Below are positions 18,933 through 30,295 of a DNA stretch of 64,000 nucleotides, one piece after another. The DNA is from Trichomonas gallinae (taxonomy: Eukaryota), in the NCBI GenBank assembly GCA_008369845.1, contig MRSU01010726.1, positions 1 to 64,000 of the forward strand. Reading direction: 5' to 3'. The notes below the pieces were generated by a model, which saw nothing but the letters and a program-made list of their open reading frames with translations, was not told the DNA's origin and made no database searches. Each line of letters starts with the position of its first letter. The stretch's first letter is position 1. Both the position numbers and the translations under genes were made by a program.

Positions 18933-21725
18933 TCATTCTTCTTGTGAAATGTCAAGTAAAGTGCTCAATTGCTGAATGTATTGGCCGGCTTCTTCTTTGA
19001 CGATTTGAATAGTTGTTGCATTTGCAATTAAATTCTTCAGTTGATTGATAATTTGAGTTTTGAGTGCTTCGGGGATTGGATATGAAATTTCATTCCTTTG
19101 CGAGTGACATAGATATTGTACTAGTAATCTGACAGCAATTTGATTCAGGGCAATATTGTTTACATTAGTTGCCGCAAGCAATAACTCTAATATCTTTCCT
19201 TGGTAGTAATGAGGGAATCGGACATACTTCAACAAAAGATCAGCATTGTCAAGAACAATTCCGTATTTAAGTAAAACGAGCTGATATTCTGCAGCTGCTT
19301 CAGCGAACAAAATCTTTGATACTGAATCTTGATTTATTGAAGAAACAATTGGATTGATTCGTCCAAAGCCAACCTGCATGTGCTCTAAGTCGTAGAAAAT
19401 TCCAATCATCGTGAAATATCTGATTTGATACTCAAAGAAAACTGATGATTCGACCGAAGCTATACTTTCTGAGATCATTTCAACGAATTGCTGTGAGCAA
19501 GACTTATAAGATATCGCAATTTGCACTATTTCAACGAATTTGCATAGATATCCTATGTGTAAATCTTGGGTGGCAACAAGTAAATGTCCCAAAAGTTCAT
19601 CAACATTTTTGTCAGTTCTCTCACTAATAGATTTAATTAAAGAAATGATTTTGTCGTAGAATTCAATCTGGAAATTCTGTATGACTGATGAAAGAAGTTC
19701 CAAAGCCTGATCTCCGTTGTGATTTGAAATAAACAAAGCTAAGTTATCAAGTGAAAATGATTCAATTAAAGAAGAAATATAATTTTCAACAAAAGACTGA
19801 TCGAACTGAACACAAAAAGCAGAAACCAAACTAATTATGCTGTCATTGATCTCATTTGTTGCCAGAAGATTCATTATTCTCTGGTGAAGAAGAGGAGTGA
19901 GTTGTATTTCTGATACTTTCCGCATCTGAATGAAGTCTCTAACAGCATTTTCTAACACGATAATTGGACATGATTCATTCGCACAAATATCCATGACTTG
20001 GCAAATATTTGGATAGATGATAGAAAATATCTGATCTCTGTAGAGTTCTAAGACTGTCGACATGGTAAGAATTATATAATTGATTGAGTCACACCAGCTT
20101 TGATCGAATTCCGTGAAAGAGTTTAATATTTCGCTTATTTTCGCGTTAACTTCTTGAATGAACGAAAAAGCATTTCTAGGAACAGCTTCGCACATGGTTG
20201 ATGCTATATATGCACCATGTGCTTGCACTTCTATATCTGATGAATTGAGTAGTTCTGTTACATATGATTGTTGAAATTCGAGCATTTCATTCGAAAAATC
20301 TTTCAAGTAATAAAATCCGCTTTGAATGACAAGAGAAATAATGTTCGAGAACGATTCTATTGAGGCCAATTCAGTGACATCAGGATAGTACTGAGAAACA
20401 TTGCCAGAGAAATACTGGATATTTAATGAAACATTTGTAATCAATTGACAAGATGAAATCATTATTTCTTCAGGAGTTTCGACGTCAAAAAACGAGAAAA
20501 CAAATGCAATGTGATCGCTTAAAATCGAAATCGATTCAGGAGAAGCGTCTGTTATTGATATCATTGAGTTTATCGCAGTAAAAACTGCAATTTCGCTATC
20601 ACTTTGCAACAAATTTGATAAAATTTCCAAAAATTTGTCAACGCATTCATTTAACAAGCCTGGAGATCTGCTGATTAATAATGATAAAGCATAGAATCCT
20701 GTGCAAACCGTATTAATGTTCTCTGTTTGCATTGATTCGTTGATATAATTAAGAAAATATTCCAAAAATGCTGCTTGTTCGTATCTGAAGTAAATCCATG
20801 ACATCAGGCTATCAATTGTATGGAAAATATCTATACTTAAACATGAATTCTCTTCTATAATCATTTCTGATGATTGCAATGCATAATTTATTTTATCTAT
20901 AAGTTGAACTTCATTTAATAGTCCATTCACTATTGCATACTCATATGGTATCAAAAAATTCAACAAAGAAGTCGTTTCGCATTTCACACGCAAAAAGAAT
21001 GAAATTTCGAGATTAACTAAAGGAAGAAAGCAGTTATTGATTGCAAATCCTAGATTTGACCATATTTTAATATAAATATTCCAATGTTTGATGATTGGTG
21101 TGAATATTTCTTCTTTGAGCTTATAAACAATTTGATTTTGTATCTCAGAGTCGTCTGTTTTGTGATCATATATGTTTAATACTGATATTATGCAATACAC
21201 GTAATAAGATCTGCGAAATGAGCGCGAAATAGCAAATTCTTTCAGTAAAAATGCAATTGTTTCGATAACCTTTTGATATGCTTCAATAAGCTCTTGAAAT
21301 TGTATTTCTAATAGATATTCTGGTAGGATAAGCATTGAAATATGAGGTGGAAATGTGAAAATATCTATTGATAAAATTTTCATAAGGAATATCATTGCAG
21401 GAATCGTGCGTATGATATAATCTTCGTTTGTGAAGTCAGATAATGCTACACTATTTAGAAAATCGTAAAGTTCCTGAAATAATTGTTTTAATTTTTCTTG
21501 TTTTGCTGATAAATGTTCAATATTTTTATCTAAAAACGGTAATAATTTGACAAGAATCAGTTGTCGATATATTTCTTGTGATGGCGAATGAATTTCATTG
21601 ATAATGCATTCGATTGAGCTTGAATCTTGAATAATATTTTCAAATATTGGTGTTGCCTGTTCTCTCAGCTGGTTATCATCACCAAGGAGCGCGCTGATGC
21701 ATTGTTCGAGAGCTCCTTGGTCCAT
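18933..21725 (-). CDS. HEAT-repeat/karyopherin-like protein
   Basis: 930 aa acidic helical ORF. N-terminus LEQCISALLGDDNQLREQAT is importin-like. Confidence 0.55.
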   Translation of the reverse strand: MDQGALEQCISALLGDDNQLREQATPIFENIIQDSSSIECIINEIHSPSQEIYRQLILVKLLPFLDKNIEHLSAKQEKLKQLFQELYDFLNSVALSDFTNEDYIIRTIPAMIFLMKILSIDIFTFPPHISMLILPEYLLEIQFQELIEAYQKVIETIAFLLKEFAISRSFRRSYYVYCIISVLNIYDHKTDDSEIQNQIVYKLKEEIFTPIIKHWNIYIKIWSNLGFAINNCFLPLVNLEISFFLRVKCETTSLLNFLIPYEYAIVNGLLNEVQLIDKINYALQSSEMIIEENSCLSIDIFHTIDSLMSWIYFRYEQAAFLEYFLNYINESMQTENINTVCTGFYALSLLISRSPGLLNECVDKFLEILSNLLQSDSEIAVFTAINSMISITDASPESISILSDHIAFVFSFFDVETPEEIMISSCQLITNVSLNIQYFSGNVSQYYPDVTELASIESFSNIISLVIQSGFYYLKDFSNEMLEFQQSYVTELLNSSDIEVQAHGAYIASTMCEAVPRNAFSFIQEVNAKISEILNSFTEFDQSWCDSINYIILTMSTVLELYRDQIFSIIYPNICQVMDICANESCPIIVLENAVRDFIQMRKVSEIQLTPLLHQRIMNLLATNEINDSIISLVSAFCVQFDQSFVENYISSLIESFSLDNLALFISNHNGDQALELLSSVIQNFQIEFYDKIISLIKSISERTDKNVDELLGHLLVATQDLHIGYLCKFVEIVQIAISYKSCSQQFVEMISESIASVESSVFFEYQIRYFTMIGIFYDLEHMQVGFGRINPIVSSINQDSVSKILFAEAAAEYQLVLLKYGIVLDNADLLLKYVRFPHYYQGKILELLLAATNVNNIALNQIAVRLLVQYLCHSQRNEISYPIPEALKTQIINQLKNLIANATTIQIVKEEAGQYIQQLSTLLDISQEE

Positions 21726-21774
21726 TTTTGAAAAAATTTAAAACGTGCACATTTTTTCTTTATTTCATCCTAAA

Positions 21775-22050
21775 ACTTGCTTCATCATTCTATGCTGCAT
21801 ACAAAATCTCTATTATCATCAAAATTAATCAAAATAAGTCAAAATTCATTTTATTTCATAATTTCTTATTGATACTTGTTCCATCATTCTAAACTGCATA
21901 TGAATCCTTTGTTTGCATCATAATTAACCAAAATAAGCCAAAAAATCAAATTAAAATTTGACTTTTTCATCTTGAAACCAATTCTATCACTGCATATTGC
22001 ATAGACAAAATCTTTTTGCATTGAAACTGTTCAAAATATGTTAAAAAATT
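21775..22050. repeat. Degenerate ~100-bp tandem repeat, about 3 copies
   Basis: catcattcta..ctgcata...aattaa.caaaataag.caaaa recurs at ~21783 and ~21882, with a weaker copy at ~21981. Confidence 0.65.
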
Positions 22051-22168
22051 AATTTTTAATATTTAATTTGGGAAAATAAGCTTAAAGCATTGTTGATCGT
22101 TTATATATACACTTTAATATCAGGCTGCTTTATAATTAAAACAATATTTTATAAAACTCGAATATAAT

Positions 22169-23137
22169 TTAAACAGGAATAAGAATTTCGCATGGAACGG
22201 TCAATATTTGTCCAGAAGAATTCTTGACCTTCCAGAAGTCGCCTTCTGCTTCAATGAGGAAGAATTCTTCATTCCTAGCAATTCTTAGTTCAGTTTCATC
22301 TATTGCCATTGTTGATTTCACGCGCATTGTTCCATCCTCTGGTTCGTACTTTTCTGTGAAGTCCCAGTCCGGTATCGGAATCTCGCGCTTAAGGGTAGTT
22401 TCGGCTAATGGCGCCGCAAAGAATGAACCATCGACTTCAATCACGGATTTAACTATCGATGCGCTCTTTGGTGCAACTCCACCTAAGTAGCCGTCAATTC
22501 TGTTGAAAATTTCATCACGTTTGTATAAATAATCGACGAATTCTCTATAAAATTGTATGTACATGTTTTGAAGCGCAACAGACTTGTCATTAAGGACTGT
22601 TAATGCTGCCTTCTTCGTTTGGTTGGCCATTTGTTGGGTTCCCTTTGTCTGAAATACGGCCAGCTCCAATTTCTTGTAGTGCTTGTTGTACGAGCTCATT
22701 GCTGCACGGACCATATCGAGAGTTTTAGTGATATTTGATTTCAAAGCGTTAAGTTCTTGGACAAATTGATAAGTTCTTGTATAAACATCTTCTTTTAAGA
22801 TGTTAACTTGGCCTTGATGTATTTTATTGATTCTCTTTGCGAAATCTTCGAATCTGTCGGCTTGATTCTTTTTTCCAATTAATAATGTGCGAAATACGCT
22901 CGATTCCGGTGGTCCGAATGCTATTTGATTTGTCTTTGGTGTGCCTTGGTTGAATACTTGTGCAAAAGATTTATATGCGCGCTCAATTGCAATTAAAGTT
23001 TCATCAATCTGCTTCCAAAGGAGATGTTCGTTTTTCAAGTAGTTTTGCATGAACGTGATCTCTGGAAAAACGTCATCATTGACTAAAGTTGTCGGCACTT
23101 TCGATAATTGTGGAGTTAGCATGACATATGTTTGCAT
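22169..23137 (-). CDS. Coiled-coil (F-BAR-like) protein with a C-terminal SH3-like domain
   Basis: Helical N-terminal part. C-terminus ELRIARNEEFFLIEAEGDFWKVKNSSGQILTVPCEIL matches the SH3 pattern. Confidence 0.7.
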   Translation of the reverse strand: MQTYVMLTPQLSKVPTTLVNDDVFPEITFMQNYLKNEHLLWKQIDETLIAIERAYKSFAQVFNQGTPKTNQIAFGPPESSVFRTLLIGKKNQADRFEDFAKRINKIHQGQVNILKEDVYTRTYQFVQELNALKSNITKTLDMVRAAMSSYNKHYKKLELAVFQTKGTQQMANQTKKAALTVLNDKSVALQNMYIQFYREFVDYLYKRDEIFNRIDGYLGGVAPKSASIVKSVIEVDGSFFAAPLAETTLKREIPIPDWDFTEKYEPEDGTMRVKSTMAIDETELRIARNEEFFLIEAEGDFWKVKNSSGQILTVPCEILIPV

Positions 23138-23249
23138 CACACAAATTTGATTTTTTTGTAAAGTTGGGAAGTGTCAAAATTTTCGGAAACACGAAATTAT
23201 TCAACTGTTGCGTGTATAAATACTAAATACAAAATTTGGATGAAAATTG

Positions 23250-23740
23250 ACAAAGATTCGGATTCGATCTTATTAAAAACTGCTTTTAGAGCATTCTATA
23301 TATAATTATAATATAACTTATCATCTCATATGATGTTTTGTCATATATTTAATTGTTAAAATGTATATTAAATCGAAAAATTGAATAAGATCAAATTTTT
23401 TCCAGAACTATCATTTTAATTCAATTTGATTGATATAAATATCAGATAAAATGAAGCTGTGCCATATAGCAAGATACTTAAATCTATCTGAAATCAAATT
23501 GTTAAAATCGAGATCTTATTGAAAATCATGGTTTATATTCGATTTGTTTGATATATATCAGCTTAAATTAGGTTTTGTCGTATACTTAATTGTTAAAATC
23601 TATTTCAAATTGAATTTTTGAATATTATCTAAATCTTATCAAGAATTATCGTTTTAATTTGATGTATTTGGTATAGTTCAGCTTTATAATTATGTATTGA
23701 CATTCATGTTGTTTTAAAACATGTTTGTAAGTTAGATTTC
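23250..23740. repeat. Degenerate ~118-bp tandem repeat (closest similarity at a 237-bp offset)
   Basis: gttttgtc.tata.ttaattgttaaaat.tat..aaat.gaa at 23335 and 23572, with a weaker copy near 23457. Confidence 0.65.
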
Positions 23741-23864
23741 TTTTCAATCAAACATATTCCAAGTAATATTGAAGAATTAGAAAGACATAAAGTATTAAAA
23801 TGCAAGCAAGTTCTTCTATAATATAATTTATACATAACAAACAACAATCTATAAAAAAAAATAA

Positions 23865-24440
23865 CTAATTCAAAGCATTAGTCATAATCATAAAATAAAC
23901 AAGTAGGGATAGGGCGGATACAAGTATAAGAATTCCGTGCGTGAAAATTGCAGAACCTGATTCTTTAATAGCTCCTGAAAGGGCTTCACTTATAGCGACA
24001 GCACACGGCCTTGGAGTCTTGTATTTGCATTTTTGTCCCTGAAATTCGCCAACTCTGTGAAAACCACAACATTTGAATTCACGACTAATGTTTTTGAAAA
24101 TTGGATGCTTAGGATTGTCCATCCAGTAAGATCCATAAAGACTAACAAATGAAAATGGATCATAATATAATGAATAACCTCGATAAAATATATAACTGCT
24201 TAAATATATAAGTATTAAACATAAAAGCATCGATAACGTAATATTATTCTTCTTAAGAGAAAAGTAAATTGTGCAAATTGATAACATTGATATAAAAATC
24301 ATCCAATTTAGATCAGACAAGATGGAGGAGTCAACATCTCCCAGTCGTGATTTCATAAGCCATCCACGTACTGATCCATATGTCATTAAACCTGAAATGG
24401 TCGTTATCAGCAAACAAGAAGCTGATAATATTAAAAGCAT
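23865..24440 (-). CDS. Tetraspanin-family protein
   Basis: Four hydrophobic segments, with a CCG motif (FKCCGF) and further Cys in the large loop. Inr TCACT upstream. Confidence 0.8.
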   Translation of the reverse strand: MLLILSASCLLITTISGLMTYGSVRGWLMKSRLGDVDSSILSDLNWMIFISMLSICTIYFSLKKNNITLSMLLCLILIYLSSYIFYRGYSLYYDPFSFVSLYGSYWMDNPKHPIFKNISREFKCCGFHRVGEFQGQKCKYKTPRPCAVAISEALSGAIKESGSAIFTHGILILVSALSLLVYFMIMTNALN

Positions 24441-24478
24441 TTCAGAATTGTTAAAAGTGACAAATCAAATTGATCGAT

Positions 24479-24883
24479 TTACATGACATATTATTGTTTA
24501 CGTGTCATTTTGAATATTTACGTGATAAAAATATCAATTAACTGTCAGATTATCATTTACATGACAGATATATAAAATTTCATGTCGTTGGGATGATGAT
24601 GTGAAGAAAATTTATGTGTCAATTAAGAATTTTACACGGCAAAAATATTCAATATTTTGTCAAATTATTATTTACAAATCAAATCTAGATTACATGACAA
24701 ATTTTAGTATGTAAGAATAATTTTACATGACATTTTGATATTTACACGTCAAAATATTTCAATTTGATGTCATATTTTTAATTACATGTCAAGATTATTT
24801 ACTTAGTAAATTTTACATGACAAAAATTATATAATTACATGTCAAAATCAAATTACGTGGCAAAGGAAAAAAATTACTCGGCA
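24479..24883 (+). promoter_or_regulatory. Array of ~14 TTACRTGWCA-like motifs in a divergent intergenic region
   Basis: Same-orientation copies or variants at 24479, 24498, 24518, 24557, 24612, 24632, 24690, 24723, 24742, 24782, 24813, 24835, 24853 and 24874. The regulatory role is inferred. Confidence 0.55.
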
Positions 24884-25015
24884 AAAATAAATCTTTGGCA
24901 AAGATTTCAAAATTAAAGTATTTCGAATATGTTTTGTGTTACACTTATAAATTTGACTTAAATTCATAAAATAAAATTCATAATATATGATTTTCATGTC
25001 ACAAGTCACAATAAA

Positions 25016-27130
25016 ATGTTTGGGCACGGATGTGAAGAGCCTATAGCGCTTGTTGCCGCTCATCCATGCGATAACTTAGTCTTAGTTTGCACTCATAAAA
25101 TCAATTTAACTATTATAGACCTTTCAAAGAATCGTTCGCTTCGTTCTTTCGGTATTCCATCAATTTTCAGCAAAGAACAAATGCAACTTATTAAATCCAA
25201 CCCGATAGGCTTATTCTTCATCGATAACTTGTCATGCAGAACTCTTCAAACAATAATTTCATCAACAATTCAAAATCTTCCATCAGAAAATTTCATTTGC
25301 ATCGTTTTTGCCAAGTGCATGGTTATATTTGATTACACATGCATCACATGCAAGTTCGTTAGCTTTGATATAACAGCTGCATATGTTGCCCAGGCACCTG
25401 ATGCTTTAGTTATTGCAGATCAAACTGGCAACATTTACATTTACTCATTCATTACAAACCAGATGTCATCTAAAATCTATACAACATCATCTCCACCATC
25501 CGGACTTTTCGTCGGAGCAAGCAAAGGTGATCCATATGGTATTATTATCCCAACTCAGTCAGGTATCGAGTTTGTCAAGCCAAATAAACAGGCTGGACCA
25601 CCAACACTAAACATTGAAGTAGGCCGCAACTTCGCTTTCGATCCTTACACTTCTACACTTTTCTCAATCGTCGATAAAAGATCAGCAAAAATTTTCCGCT
25701 GCACTTCAGAAAAGCTTCAGTCAATCGGTGAATGCTCTTTCTCGTCTATTTCACTTCATGACTCAAAGCCAACAAATTATAATCTTCAACAAATCGCTCC
25801 GTGCTATCTTCCATACTCCCCAATCAATAAACCGCTCTTCTATGCACTCTGCGATCAGAATGCGCTGTTTATTTGCAGCCCAAGCCAGGTTTTAATGAAA
25901 GTTGATTTTCATGAAAAATTCCCGCCACAACAACTTCGCAGATTAGTCGGCACATACATGGGCGCTCACATTACAAATTACACAAACTTGATTATAGCAA
26001 GCGAACAATTCCTCTTTATCATAGATATCGGCGCATATCTTCCAAATGTCGTTCCATCACATCCAATTCCGAAATCAATCAAGCAGAACTTCCATGGAGA
26101 TGGTCTTTACACCGTTCTTCGTCACGGAGAGCTCACAGTTGTCATTGAAAGAACCCAAAGAAAATTCTTCGTTTATGATAACAAATTGTTGAAGAAGGAA
26201 ATCAAGAATGGAACTGCCTATGATGTTGTTATTGGTCCAGGCAGGAGATTCGCTACTATTAATCCATCATCTAAGAAAGATTCTTGGACTCTCCAAATTT
26301 ACGATGAATCTCTCAAGCCAAAGGACATAGAAGTCAAGCCAGAGTTTCCATTGGTACAGCGCCTCATCTCTTTCGGAGATTATCTCGCAGTCATCTTCGC
26401 CCAAGATGAAAACGGCCTCAGCAGCAACCCACAGAAGAAGCCAAAGACCGGAGCCCTCGCATACAGATGGTCAACATTCGAGCCAGTCACACTCGAAATC
26501 TCTGGTACAACAATGGCAGCTTACGCCAACGGTTATGTTGCGATTGCCAGCCCATCTATGTATGCTTTGTACAAGATTGGCGAGAACAACAGCCTCAGAC
26601 ACGTCGCCAACAGAAATATCGCACCAATCTCCATGAAATTCCACAAAGACCAGTTGTTCGTTATCGCGAACGAAGGCCTTTACATCGATAACATGAAGAC
26701 AGTCAATCTCGTCGCAATCAGGTTCTCGCACCTTATTTCCGCCGACAAGAAGGGCACGAATATTCCAATGCGCGCAACATACATCACTAAAATTGAAGAC
26801 AAGACACTCACACTGTGCGACAACAATGGCATCGAGACAACAATAGGTATGCCTGAGGTACCAGAAGTACCAGCCAAGCAGAACAAGATCGACTTGCTCG
26901 CAAGCCAGCCAGATCCATTCCAGAAGCTTAAGGACGCATACAAAGATGCTTCTGATGAAGATAAACGCCACATACTTATTCTTATGCTTAGAGAAGTCGA
27001 TTGGGCAGCTGCAAAACCTTTCCTGCAGATTTCAGAAAAAGCAGGCACTGAATCTGTCTTGCAAGAAGGTGGTGAAGCTCTCAACGAGTTCAACTATATG
27101 GTACAACAAGAAATGGAACTTGATATATGA
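25016..27130 (+). CDS. Hypothetical protein, probably beta-propeller rich
   Basis: 704-aa ORF with beta-strand-like patterns (IALVAAHP, LVIADQTGNIYIY). No family recognised. Confidence 0.7.
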   Translation: MFGHGCEEPIALVAAHPCDNLVLVCTHKINLTIIDLSKNRSLRSFGIPSIFSKEQMQLIKSNPIGLFFIDNLSCRTLQTIISSTIQNLPSENFICIVFAKCMVIFDYTCITCKFVSFDITAAYVAQAPDALVIADQTGNIYIYSFITNQMSSKIYTTSSPPSGLFVGASKGDPYGIIIPTQSGIEFVKPNKQAGPPTLNIEVGRNFAFDPYTSTLFSIVDKRSAKIFRCTSEKLQSIGECSFSSISLHDSKPTNYNLQQIAPCYLPYSPINKPLFYALCDQNALFICSPSQVLMKVDFHEKFPPQQLRRLVGTYMGAHITNYTNLIIASEQFLFIIDIGAYLPNVVPSHPIPKSIKQNFHGDGLYTVLRHGELTVVIERTQRKFFVYDNKLLKKEIKNGTAYDVVIGPGRRFATINPSSKKDSWTLQIYDESLKPKDIEVKPEFPLVQRLISFGDYLAVIFAQDENGLSSNPQKKPKTGALAYRWSTFEPVTLEISGTTMAAYANGYVAIASPSMYALYKIGENNSLRHVANRNIAPISMKFHKDQLFVIANEGLYIDNMKTVNLVAIRFSHLISADKKGTNIPMRATYITKIEDKTLTLCDNNGIETTIGMPEVPEVPAKQNKIDLLASQPDPFQKLKDAYKDASDEDKRHILILMLREVDWAAAKPFLQISEKAGTESVLQEGGEALNEFNYMVQQEMELDI

Positions 27131-28237
27131 AATTAGTAATTATTTATTTTATTAACTAAACTTTTTTATTAATTTGGTTTATTTTATTAATTTTTTCCTA
27201 TTTACTTCTTATATACAGTCATAATTTAATCAAATTTTCTAATATTTTAATTCTAATCTAACTTAAGCAGTATTCACATTCTATTAATAAAATGATGCTT
27301 TTTGGTGCATTTAATTTTCACTAAAACATCTTTTTTAATTCGAAACTCAAAAAATCAAAAAATCATTAGAAATTACTTTATTATAAATCTTCAAATTCAT
27401 GAAATGTAGTCTATGAGAAAATCGAATAATTACACGAGATATCATAAATTCCTTCATATAGTCTAATCTATGAAATATTCATTCTAATTTTGCTATTTTC
27501 AACTAAAAAAATATTCATCAAAAATTTGTAGTATGCATGCAATAAAGACATGCACATGAATAGGATTTTAACGAGTTTTTGAAATTTCCAATACTTAAAA
27601 TCTTTAGTGTATTTTGCTTTTGATTCGAACTCCTGCAAAATAATGTTTTTTTCAAGGAGTTCGAATCCAGTTCATTATTTTAATACTGCTATCATTCAAT
27701 AATGAACTATCGATAAGCATTAATTTACAAAACCAATTGTTTGTTTTAACTAAATGATTTAATATTGAGTGACCTCAATAATTTCATCAGTTGCTCATGA
27801 ATGAAATCAATGGGCTGCATTGAAAAACATTTTTTTTTTGTCTGAAGCTTAAGCTGTTCTATTGCTATCATTTTTGACATATATATTCCAACAGATGTGT
27901 GAAGGAATTTAACAGCTGTGTGAAGATCATCTTTTGAAGATATTTATATATATTGAAACACAAAAGTATCATTACAGAAAATAATAAAAAATTGATTCCT
28001 GAAAGCGTATGAGTGTGACCTTGAAGTAAACTTACAAGTAGTGAAGAGATTTTCAGAATCTTGGCTGGGAGATATTCTTTTGTGTTCACAATTAATTAAT
28101 AATCATTATGAGTGTGTGTTCGAACATTCCAGACTATCTTCCAGAATTGCATTTTTTATCTTCCAGATTCGATTTTATCTTCCAAATTTGCATCCCTACA
28201 AATATCAATTTTTATTAATAAACGTGCACATTTTTTC

Positions 28238-29542
28238 ATGTCTGAAATTATTTTTCTTCAGATCGGTCAATGTGGGAACCAGATTGGCTGGGAGTTTTGG
28301 GAGAAAGCTCTGCAGGAGCACAAAGAGTACCACAAAAATGCGCCATATGACCTTTCTTATAAATCATTTTTCGAAACAACACAAAGAGGAAATGCGCAAG
28401 ACTTAACAAACTTACGTGCAAGGGCTATACTTATCGATTCTGAGACAAATGTTACGAAACAACTTGAAGCTTCTGCGATCAGAAATATATTTCGCGATTG
28501 CTCAATTAGTGTCGATGTAGGTGGCGCTGGTAACAACTGGGGCATTGGCTACCACACAAATGGCCCAATGCAAATCGAATCAGTGCTTGAGAAAATTCGC
28601 AAGCTTGCAGAGCCTTGCGATCACCTTGAAAGCTTCTTCATGCTTTATTCACTTGGTGGTGGTACAGGATCTGGCTTTGGTTCTTACATTCTCGAACGCG
28701 TTGCTGAACAATATCCAAGATTGTGGAAAATGGCAACAGTTGTCACTCCAACTGATGATGACCCAGCTGTCGTTATTTCACCATACAATTCCCTCCTATC
28801 TTGCGCCCATCTGTGCAAATACGCGAACTGCGTTTTCCCAGTCGAAAATACGAAGCTCGCCGAATTCGTTAAAGGAGCGGACAAGGACTTAAAAGGAGCC
28901 TTCAGCCAGATGAACTCTGTCGTCGCCAACTTCCTGCTCGATCTCACGGCTGGATCGAGATTCGCAGGAAAAATGAACGTCGATCTTTCCGAAATAGAAA
29001 CAAACATGGTTCCTTTCCCGCACCATAAGTTTTTGGTTGGTGGAATATCACCAATCAACCCAAAGGAAGCAGCAAGGAGTGAGTCAGCGTACTTCACAGA
29101 AGCGATGAGCAGGAAAGCAACTCTCTGCAGCATAGATCCAACTCAGGGAACATATCTGAGCTCCGCCCTTCTCATTCGCGGCAATGTTTCTGAATCACAA
29201 GTACAGAAATCAACGACAGACATGGCGCAGCACATGAGGTTCCCAGTGTGGAACACCGAGCACTGGAAGATTGGCTTGTGCTCGACTGCACCTTTGCGCT
29301 CTAAAGTCTCGATTTGCTCATTGTCGAATACTACTGCGATTACTGGAATGTTCGACACATTAATCAGTAGATATGAGAAACTCGCATCAAGAGGCGCTTA
29401 TCTGCACAATCTCATTAACGAAGGTGTTTCAAACGAAGATTTTGAAGAAGCTGCAGATATTATTAACTTCGTAAGGGATGAATATGAGAGTATTAACACA
29501 AATGAAACACAAATCCGTCCAAGGAAAGAAATATTTGTGTGA
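28238..29542 (+). CDS. TUBE1: Epsilon-tubulin
   Basis: MSEIIFLQIGQCGNQIG, GAGNNWGIG, LGGGTGSG, ISPYNSLL, MNVDLSEIETNMVPFP and WNTEHWKIGLC. The last three are epsilon-type features. Confidence 0.85.
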   Translation: MSEIIFLQIGQCGNQIGWEFWEKALQEHKEYHKNAPYDLSYKSFFETTQRGNAQDLTNLRARAILIDSETNVTKQLEASAIRNIFRDCSISVDVGGAGNNWGIGYHTNGPMQIESVLEKIRKLAEPCDHLESFFMLYSLGGGTGSGFGSYILERVAEQYPRLWKMATVVTPTDDDPAVVISPYNSLLSCAHLCKYANCVFPVENTKLAEFVKGADKDLKGAFSQMNSVVANFLLDLTAGSRFAGKMNVDLSEIETNMVPFPHHKFLVGGISPINPKEAARSESAYFTEAMSRKATLCSIDPTQGTYLSSALLIRGNVSESQVQKSTTDMAQHMRFPVWNTEHWKIGLCSTAPLRSKVSICSLSNTTAITGMFDTLISRYEKLASRGAYLHNLINEGVSNEDFEEAADIINFVRDEYESINTNETQIRPRKEIFV

Positions 29543-29937
29543 AATACCCTATATTCCGTTTGTATTATTGTTTATATTTTTATTTTTGTTTTTTAATAGA
29601 TATAAATCACCATAATCCATAAAATCAGCCAATATATTGCAAATTTCAGCAAAAATGGTATTTAATGATATAAAATATTCAAAGACAAATATCTTGAATT
29701 TTCAAGCCAAACGTTGGCCATTTCGTCAGAAAACCGTTGATATATGTCATGTTTTAGCACTTGATGGCCATAAAATATTAAAAAAAAACTGATGAAAAAT
29801 GTATAGATGCAGAAAAAAGCTTAAAATTAATAATACTGAGTTGCTGGCAATCGGCTGTTTAGAGTCAGGTAGTAATTTCATTTAGAAAAATCGTAATTAA
29901 AGGGTATCATTAATATTCATTTATGATAAAGAGGGAT

Positions 29938-30288
29938 TTACTTGCCCTTCTTCTTCTGCTCATTAGCAAGCTTACGCTCCTGAGCAGCACGGGCTTCCTC
30001 CTCCATGAAAGCGTTGATGATACGGTCTTTAACGACAGCACCGCAGTAGACACCACCGTATGGGCGGGAAACTGTTCTCTGATTCTTCTTCATGCGGCGA
30101 AGTTCGCATGTCTTGACGCACTTGATACCAGCAAGGCGCTTTCCTGTCTCGGCGCATCTAAGGCCATTCTGGCGCTTGGTGATGTAGTGAGCAACAAGCT
30201 TGTTGCCTGGTGTGCGGACTGGGGCAACGCGGTTGCGCATTGTGTGGAAGCCAAGGGAACGGCGAAGAGTGTACCTGTTATCTACCAT
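29938..30288 (-). CDS. RPL34: 60S ribosomal protein L34
   Basis: RTPGNKLVAHY, RCAETGKRLAGI and TVSRPYGGVYCGAVVKDRIINAFMEEE. Confidence 0.95.
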   Translation of the reverse strand: MVDNRYTLRRSLGFHTMRNRVAPVRTPGNKLVAHYITKRQNGLRCAETGKRLAGIKCVKTCELRRMKKNQRTVSRPYGGVYCGAVVKDRIINAFMEEEARAAQERKLANEQKKKGK

Positions 30289-30295
30289 TTAGATC

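Noticed and set aside
27600..27690. tRNA gene
   Set aside because: Only a T-loop/B-box-like sequence is present, with no acceptor, D or anticodon arms.
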